Position numbers and translations under genes: made by a program. DNA of 64,000 nucleotides from the human T2T-CHM13v2.0 reference genome, Homo sapiens. The DNA lies in NCBI RefSeq assembly GCF_009914755.1, contig NC_060928.1. The stretch is one strand, 5' to 3'. Each line of letters starts with the position of its first letter. The stretch's first letter is position 1. Under the pieces are notes generated by a model that saw only the letters and a program-made list of their open reading frames with translations, was not told the origin of the DNA and made no database searches. Positions 55,547 through 64,000 of this stretch are shown piece by piece.

Positions 55547-56889
55547 TCAGCTATCATTCACCTGTGTAAGTCAAATAAGAATGCGGGCACAAGTCAGTCT
55601 AGTGAGTCCCCACAGCCGGGAGATCAACAACCTTGGGAGATCAGTAACCTCCTCTGGCCGACAAGACGGCACAGGCTTCCCATTTTCCCAAATCCTCACT
55701 CGAGGATTACATAGATTCAGATGACAAAGTCTGAATGAGTGAGACTCGCATCAGACCCCAAGAATGAATGTGGGTTCCTCATCCTCATCTGAACCAGGAA
55801 GAACTTTATAAATTCAGCCTTATAAACTTAGTATATGACTATGGAGGGCCAAACAATACAGAACATGTAGCCACAAATGCGGCCCTCCCTTATCACTTTC
55901 CACCTCTCCAGATTAACACAGTCTGGTCTGAGTGCTTTCCTGAACCCAGAGCTGCTGAACGGAACAAAGGCCAGTTACCCAGAGGTCCCAGAACATCATG
56001 CTAACCAGCCTTAGCACAGCTGTAAGATTTAACCTGCACTATTGAAACAAATCAAATAGCACAAGGGACAATTTGAGGGCATTGTTGGAGCAACAATGAT
56101 GGCATAAACATTCTTAAACTCGCTTCTTTAGAGATAAACTGTAAATTAGAGCTAATTCCAAGAACTGTGACATAATTCCACATTGGGAATTAGAGCAAAT
56201 GACGTATAGCTCCCTTCTAATAAAATATTTCTGAAAAATAAATAACAAAGTCAGCAGACATTCTAAGTATATATAGGAACCACAAAATACAATACTTGCT
56301 TATATCACATCAGCTATGAAAGAGATTAAAAAATACAAATCCTTGGACTCCTGTATATTTGTTCATATTAAAATCTGCATTTCTAAAGAAAAATATAAAT
56401 GTATTGGGCAAAACAAAAATAAAACAAAATTTGAAAACAACAACAAATTTCCGAAACTGTGGAAGAAATTTAAAAAGAGTTTAATTCCCAATCACATAGT
56501 TATCATTGTGAATGTGAGACTCACACTACGTCAGTGCCTCTGAAAATGTAGTCAGTAGACTGTTGCTGTAGTGCAACAGAACATGGACAGAAATTGAGAA
56601 TGATCATGTGGAAACTTTCAATGCAATTTGACCTTTTGAGGATCTCTGAGCATGTGATTTCATACATTACCAAAATATTAGACTGTAGAGAATTGGGAAA
56701 AAAAATGCCTTATCACAGATATTTTGAGAAACACTGCTCAAGATTATTTCTTCCAAAGACATTTGTTCTCATGTACTTAGAAAAATCTTTCTTTTGTTGG
56801 AAACACACACAATGATCATGAGTATCTACACATTACCTCTCTGAAGATTTTGTACATCTGAAGATATGGATATGGGACTCATCAAAAGG

Positions 56890-57310
56890 ATGATCTTTGT
56901 CAGCTTATCATCCTTCTAGGCACAAATAATAAAATTTAAACAGGAAAGAAAATTGTCTCCCATAACAAGACTTTCGAAAGTGGGGAGGTATGAGCAGTTA
57001 AATCAGGGGCACCATGGAGGTTCTTTTTTCCATTTACTATGACATCCACAAGAATCCAGTTCTTGAGATGGTTGTAGCTCTGGTCACCGCTTGCTCACAC
57101 AGAAGTAGGGAAGTCTCCTTCCATGTGACTTTTTTAAAGAAAAAAAGAAACCTAATTAGGAAATTTTTAAGCAAACTTCCCTCATTTTGCATTGCCAGAA
57201 TTGGGTTATGTGTCCGTAACCAAGGCAATTGGTGCCAAGAAGACTGGAATTATCATGTTTCTTTTATGCTAATAAAAATTCACCCACCTTTTGGTTTGGA
57301 AAAAGGCCAT
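56890..57310 (-). mobile_element. Old MLT1 (J/K/L-like) MaLR LTR
   Basis: TCCCATAACAAGAC..GATGGTTGTAGC..CAAACTTCCCTCATTTTGCATTGCCAGAATTGGGTTATGTG. Confidence 0.55.
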
Positions 57311-57419
57311 CCATTCATGAAAGAAGCTAAAATCTATTTTTTTAAAAGAAAAGTGCTTAAGGTAAAAGGAAGAATGGCAGTGAGGCAGACAATATATCTC
57401 CCAGAAAGGCATTTAAATA

Positions 57420-57790
57420 TTGACCATAGACAATATTTCTTCAGAGAGTATGTGATAACAACTAAAAAGGGTCCAAGAACAAGTCCTGAGAATATTGAAT
57501 ATGTTGATATTGGGAGAAGAGAAAGATCCAGCAATAGAAAAGGAAAAGCCACCTCCCCGGGGGCAGTCGTGTTATGGAAATAGCAGAAGAATTTGTTTAA
57601 ATAGTTAACTGTGATGATATCTTTTAGATAATAAGAAATCAAATAGAATGATTGTTGACCTTCTAAAAATTATATTTAGTGAGAGAAAGTCCTTAGGGAT
57701 TTTAGGATAACAAGTCAGTGGAATGGTGGGCACAAACCCAAAATGGAGTGATAAGATTTGTGAATATAAAGGGAAAAAAAAGAAACCAAA
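57420..57790 (-). mobile_element. L2 fragment
   Basis: CCAAGAACAAGTCCTGAG..CAGTGGAATGGTGGGCACAAACCC. Confidence 0.5.
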
Positions 57791-58007
57791 AGGTGTTCAA
57801 TACACAGAGAAAACCTGCTGGGAATTTGTGGTAGGCAGAATATGGGCCCCTTAAAGATGACCATGTCTCAATTGTTACAATCTGTAAATATGTTACCTTA
57901 CATGGTAAAAGGGTGTTTGCAGTTAATAATTTAGTATCTTGAGATAGAAAGATAATCCTAGATTATTTCAGTGGGCTCAATATAATTGTAAGAGTTCTTT
58001 AAAAAAA

Positions 58008-58420
58008 ATTTGTTTTGATGAGTTTGGGTATATACATACACCCAGGAAACCATCATCACAATCAAGGTAATAAAATATGCATCACTTCCAAAAGTTTATT
58101 CCTCTTTTTCCTTCTTTCCTTCCTTCCTCTTTCTTTTCCTTCCTTCCTTCCTTTCCCCTTCCCTTCCCCTTCCTTTCCTTCCCTTTCCCTTCCTTTCCCT
58201 TTATCCTTTTTTTCCTTTCCCCTTCCCTTCCCTTCCCTTCCCTTCCTTCCCCTTCCCCTTCCCTTCTCTTTCCCTTTCCCTTTGACTTCCTTTTCCCTTT
58301 TTCCTTCCCTCTGCTTTCCCTTCCTCTTCTCTCTTTTCCCTTCCTTTCCTTTCTCTTTCTCTCTCTACCTCCTTTCCTTCCTTCCTTTCTTTTAATAGGA
58401 ACAACATAAGAAAAGTCACG
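58008..58420 (-). mobile_element. L1MA9/10-like 3'UTR fragment containing the pyrimidine tract
   Basis: GATGAGTTTGG..GAAACCATCATCACAATCAAGGTAATAAA..ATCACTTCCAAAAGTTT. Confidence 0.65.
58099..58393 (+). repeat. Polypyrimidine (TTCC/TTCCC)n tract
   Basis: ~295 nt with only five purines. Confidence 0.97.
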
Positions 58421-59059
58421 ACGGTTCTCAAAAGAGTGAGGCAGGAGTGAAAATCAGAGAGTTTTGCCAATGGCACACTGCTAACTTGAAGATGAAGGGA
58501 TGGGCACCTAGCCGAGCAATGCTTGGCAGCTTCTAGAAGCTGAAAAGGCAAGGAAGCAGATTCTCCCCTAAAGCTTCTAGAAGGAATCAGCCTTGTAGAA
58601 ACTTAATTTCAGCTCAGTGAAGCTGATTTCAGACTCCTGACTTCAGAGGTGCAGCAAAAAGAAAATCTGTTGTTGTAAACCATGAAGTGTGTCATAACTT
58701 GTTACAGTAGCAATAGGAGACTAATCCAAAATGCTTTAATTGTAAAGAGAGATTTTTCTGATGAAGACCTGATTTCAAAGAATATGGTCTATTTCTCCAA
58801 AGGCACCTGCCAAAACTCTTCAAGCAACAACAACAACAGAGTAGACCATTATGACAATATGGAATAACATCTGATATATTTGTATGGATCATTTAAATAT
58901 TTATAAAATAAAATATGTACATTATGAATTTAAATAGATGCATACTTATGACAGAAAATATATTTATAAACATATATTTTACTTTTATAAATATACCCTG
59001 ACATGAAAATGAGTCAAGTACAAAATTCGTATATACATAAAAGACTCTGAGACATACCC

Positions 59060-59705
59060 ACTTTGAATGTTTAATTGTGTCTCAAAATTAGTATGTTAAA
59101 TTGAAATTGCAATCCTTCCCCTTACATAGTCTGACCTATCTTCTCTATCTTAAATATCACTGATATTGTCCCCCAGTAAGCTTGACCAAAACCCTCGAAA
59201 ATTATCTTTGATTTCCTCTTATTCTTTCCCACTTCACAGTCAAATGTCACCAAATCCTACCAGACAGGTTTCTAAATATATGCCAGATATGACCGCTCCT
59301 TCTACCTCCAAACTACCACCATAGTATAAGTTAAGATAATTTACTACCTGCACTATTATTATTCTCTCACCATTATTGTTTCTCTCCTTGGCCTATACAT
59401 TTTAGTTATACAGTAGTTGGAATATAGACTGCTGTTTTTAAATTTAAATATTACTATTCTGGTTAAAGCCCTCTGATGCCTTATGTTAGAATAAAAGATA
59501 AATTTACCACCATGGCTTTCACTCAAAATTGTAATGTTTGAATAATGAATCTTTTTATCTCTCCCACTAGAATTGAGCTCTCTGAGGGAAGAAATATTGT
59601 ATCTTGAATTTTTTTTCATTATTTTCTCAATAGCACTTAGTATAAGACAAGTAGAGATTTCAATAAATAATAGTAATTAATAAATATTTGTTGAATATTG
59701 AATAT
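59060..59705 (+). mobile_element. L2 3' region
   Basis: GTCACCAAATCCT..CCTCCAAACTACCACCATAGT..TCTCCCACTAGAATTGAGCTC..AATAAATATTTGTTGAAT. Confidence 0.7.
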
Positions 59706-60019
59706 ACTGTTAAGAGGTGAAATGAAAGTGCAGAAAATGTGTATAACTTGGGTTCAATAAACTGCTTATCTGTATATGCACACACACATATATAGATTTT
59801 GAGTTATTAAAATAAATACATGCTTAAAATTTATTTACTGATACCTTTGCAAAAATTTTAATCCTATGAAAGTAGGGATATATTTCTGTTTTGTGTGATA
59901 TATCTCAAATTCTAAAAATAAATCTAGAACCTAGTGAATGCTCAATAATAATTTTGGCAAATGAATAAATGAATGAATGAATATATGTGTACACACCCAC
60001 ATTTTTTGTACATAGACAT

Positions 60020-60829
<810 letters not shown>

Positions 60830-60929
60830 ACATTTTCTAAAAACGTAAACTGAAAGTTACCTACAGAGTTTGACTATGGAAAAAGTGGTGAATATCCACA
60901 CTGGAAGGGAATTTAATTAATGGTACAGA

Positions 60930-61116
60930 CCACTGACTTCAAAACATGGTGCCTAGAGCAGCAGTAGCATTATCAGCGGAGAACTTAGGAAAAGTGCAAA
61001 TTCTTAGGCCCTACCCATACCTACTGAATTAAAAACTCTTGAGTTTGGGCTCAGCAATCTGTTTTTTAAAAGCTCTCCAGATGATATGGATTCTTGCTAA
61101 AGTTTAAGAATCACTG
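60930..61116. mobile_element. MER5A hAT-Charlie MITE
   Basis: GCAAATTCTTAGGCCCTACCCATACCTACTGAAT..CAGCAATCTG..AAAGTTTAAGAATCACTG. Confidence 0.85.
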
Positions 61117-61992
61117 GATCATACTACTCCATACTTGGTTTTTATACTAATGTTGTATCTACTTACATTTAAATGAATAAAGTGTTTTAGTAGGATGGCA
61201 TTCATTCAACTTAGACAAAATATGCTTATTAAAGAAGTATTACACTTTCGTAGAGCCAAGTAACATTAATAGTATAAACAGGTATAAAAGAATAGGCATG
61301 CCCAATATTAGTAATTACAAAAGTTATTTCAAATAGATATAAATTAAGGTAATTTAAAATCACTGATCTTTAGCCTTGGTAAAATTTGATTATTTATTTA
61401 TAGTTGCAATTGAAAATATATTAAAGTTCATTTCTTTAGGCCTAAATTAATTACACAATCTTAATTTCTGTATTTGAAAATCTATGAAAAAATTTTAAGC
61501 ATATTTTAAAAAATAATATAAGAAACATTGAAATATTAATTATTCTTACCAAATGTAGCCTTCTTATTTTATATATTTATCTTAATTCTCATAAATTTAC
61601 TAAAGAACATAACTACAAGGTTTTAATGCCTTAAATACCTTAAAACTGAACATAAAATCCATAAATCCATTGCCTCTTTAGCTATGACTCTGGATCACGG
61701 CCAGATTAACCATGGTAAGGCAGAAAGAAATGCTGCGGGTTCAGGAAAAAGAGGAAATAGTTCAATGATTAGCTGTCGTCTCTTCCACCATCTACCAAAT
61801 ATCTGCTTCAGTAATCTTATCACCTATTCAATTCAGTGACTTCTCCCAAGAGGACATAACTTTAGGTCCAATACAAAAATGTCATCCAATCCTAGATTGA
61901 GAATCCATCACCAATGCCCACTTCTCTCCACTATGCCTGTTTATGTCTCTGTAGCATCTGAAGACCTAAGGAGAAAAATGTATCTACCCCAC

Positions 61993-62341
61993 TGTCCGTT
62001 CTCACACGGCTATGAAGAAATACTGAAGACTGTTTAATTTATAAAGAAAAGAGGTTTGATTGAGTCACAGTTCTGCATGGCTGGAAAGGCCTCACGAAAC
62101 TTACAATCATGGCAGAAGGCAAAGGGGAAGAAGGGCACTTTCTTCACAGAGTGGCAGGAAGAAGTGTTGAGCAAAGGGGGAAAAGCCCCTTATAAAGCCA
62201 TCAGATCTCATGAGAACAGCATGGGGGTAACCGGCCCCATGATTCAATTACCTCCCACTGGGTCCCTCCCATGACACATGAGGATTATGGGAACTACAAT
62301 TCAAGATGAGATTTGGGTGGGGACACAGCCAAACCATGTCA
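61993..62341 (-). mobile_element. THE1 (C/D-like) solo LTR
   Basis: TGTCCGTTCTCACAC..GGGGACACAGCCAAACCATGTCA; perfect 5-bp TSD CCCAC. Confidence 0.92.
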
Positions 62342-62428
62342 CCCACCTCCACAGCTGAACACAAACACAGACACACACATTCTCTGTCTCTCTCTTTCTC
62401 ACTTTTCCATTATGAACAGAAACCAAAT

Positions 62429-62522
62429 AGAAGAAGAAGAGGAAGGCAAAGGAAGAGGAGGAGGAAGAGAAAAGGAGGAAAGGGAAAGGAGAAAGAGGAG
62501 GAGGTGGGGAGCAGGAGGAGAA
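62429..62522 (+). repeat. Polypurine (GAA/GAG)n tract
   Basis: Seen directly. Confidence 0.9.
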
Positions 62523-63123
62523 TTGGAATCACACAGTGCTCATCATAAATAGCAATGATGAAATCCTGCTGAGTTAGGATTGAGAGATCCTTCCACCAAG
62601 CAGGCATGGAGAGTTGTAGGGAGGGGATTGAGGGGATATGCTTCATGATTAGATCCTAATGCTCATTTCTGGGAAGAAAACTCTTGTTCATTGATTTCCA
62701 GGAATCCTGATTCAGCAACCTATAGTATATTCTTATCTGATATTCCTCATGGCTATGCCTGAAGGAAGCTGCACAGCTTACACTCTTTTCCTCCTTCTGC
62801 AAAAGTGAGGACACAAAAAATCTCTTGAACAGCAAAAGTCTTTTGGAAGTGATGTTTTCTAGACAATAGAATTGCCTCAACTAAACAGCACTAATGTCTC
62901 ACTTATATAATTCTTTCTTGCAATAATCATACCCAAAATCTCTCCCCTGACCCTGACGTATATATAATGCCTCAGTCTGCTTGATTTTATTCTTTCATGA
63001 CCTAGGCTTATCTCTCAACTTAATGGTGTAAAACTTAGCGTCATATGAAATAATAAGCTTATGTGTAATCCCATCTTTGTTGCAGGGCTGAATACTGTGA
63101 TAGATTTAATAAAGAAAAAAAAT

Positions 63124-63421
63124 GGTGGGGAGCAGTGACTCACACCTGTAATCCTAGCACTTTGGAAGGCCGAGGCAGGCAGATCACCTGAGGTCAGGAG
63201 TTCGAGACCAGCCTGGCCAACATGGAGAAACCCTGTTTCCACTAAACATACAAAAATTAGCCAGGCGCCTGTAATCCCAGCTACTCAGGAAGCTGAGGTC
63301 AGAGAATCACTTGATTCCGGAAGGCGGAAGTTGCAGTGAGCCGAGATCACACCACTTCACTCCAGCCTGGGCAAAACAGCAAAACTCTGTCTCAAAAATA
63401 AATAAATAAATAAATAAATAA
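63124..63421 (+). mobile_element. AluSx-like with (TAAA)n tail
   Basis: Dimer with a short internal deletion (AGCCAGGCGCCTGTAATCCC). Confidence 0.92.
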
Positions 63422-63439
63422 CAAGATCACAATTCTTTA

Positions 63440-63992
63440 CCTAAATCTTATCCACACACTTGGCAATATAACTTAGAATTTCCTCCCATTAAGAGATGTG
63501 CATTCCCTGGGATCTGAACTGACCTTGTGAATTGCTTTGGCTGGTGGAATGCAGTGGAAGAGTAAACATATCACTTCTGAGCTTAAGCCTTCAGAGGCTT
63601 TGTCTGTCTCTCTCTCTTCTGTTTTTCTCCTTCTCTATCTCTATCCATCTCTCCCTTTCTCTCTCCTTCAAAACCCTGTTGCCATCATGTGTGAACAAGC
63701 TTGGGTTAATCTGCTAGATATTTTAAAATACAAGTTCCAGACTTGACTTTTGTCCCAACTGTTGGCAGGTCAACCACCAAAATACGGGGCCATTCTAGAC
63801 TAGCCAAGCCCTGGCCAATGTGTCAGTCAACTTCAAATTCATAAGATAACGCTGCTGAGATAACCCACACCTTACCCAGATCAACAGGCTCACATAGTTG
63901 ACCTACAGATTTATCAGCCATAAAAAGGGTATATTGTTTTAAGTCACTACATTTTGCAGTGGCTGGTTATGTAATCAATAAGTAATTGATAC
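63440..63992 (+). mobile_element. Old MLT1 (G/H-like) MaLR LTR
   Basis: CCTCCCATTAAGAG..GACCTTGTGAATTGCTTTGG..TTGTTTTAAGTCACTA..TAATTGATACA end. Confidence 0.75.
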
Positions 63993-64000
63993 AGTTCTTT

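Larger units (their letters stand above)
57827..58728 (+). mobile_element. MLT1D-like MaLR LTR, interrupted by an L1 fragment and pyrimidine repeat
   Basis: TGTGGTAGGCAGAATA..AATATGTTACCTTACATGGTAAAAGG; resumes at ~58430 (CTAGAAGCTGAAAAGGCAAGGAAGCAGATTCTCCCCTA); ends GCAATAGGAGACTAATCCA. Confidence 0.85.

Noticed and set aside
57014-57583. 189-aa ORF, the longest non-L1 ORF
   Set aside because: It spans a degenerate MLT1 LTR and an L2 fragment, with no recognisable domain; a chance ORF.
58015-58551. F/P/S/L-rich and K/E/G/R-rich ORFs
   Set aside because: Translations of the pyrimidine simple repeat.

Overview
Primate genomic DNA, probably hominoid (AluY/S/J, L1PA3-type LINE, THE1). It is AT-rich, has no CpG island and reads as intergenic or deep intronic. 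I found no host protein-coding exon, tRNA/rRNA gene or CRISPR array. The long ORFs are transposon remnants (L1 ORF2, ERV-L gag/integrase, THE1 internal) or chance ORFs in Alu/MaLR/low-complexity DNA. The window is a layered transposon record with five main pieces: (1) an ancient ERV-L gag remnant at the left edge, split by an ERV1 LTR; (2) an L1M element that keeps 5'UTR+ORF1 and the 3' end but lacks almost all of ORF2; (3) an old L1 ORF2 fossil hosting an L1PA3, a full-length THE1A provirus and a Tigger MITE, with a local ~230-bp duplication beside it; (4) a two-LTR MLT2/ERV-L provirus whose centre was deleted through an AluJ; (5) many solo LTRs, Alus, MIR/L2 and DNA-transposon MITEs, several with readable target-site duplications (TSDs). 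The unique DNA holds a few enhancer-like motif clusters, template-switch micro-rearrangements and three candidate minus-strand non-coding exons. I found no convincing previously undescribed biological system; the findings are structural and evolutionary curiosities. Subfamily names come from recognising consensus motifs by eye, not from a RepeatMasker run, and boundaries of old repeats are approximate.
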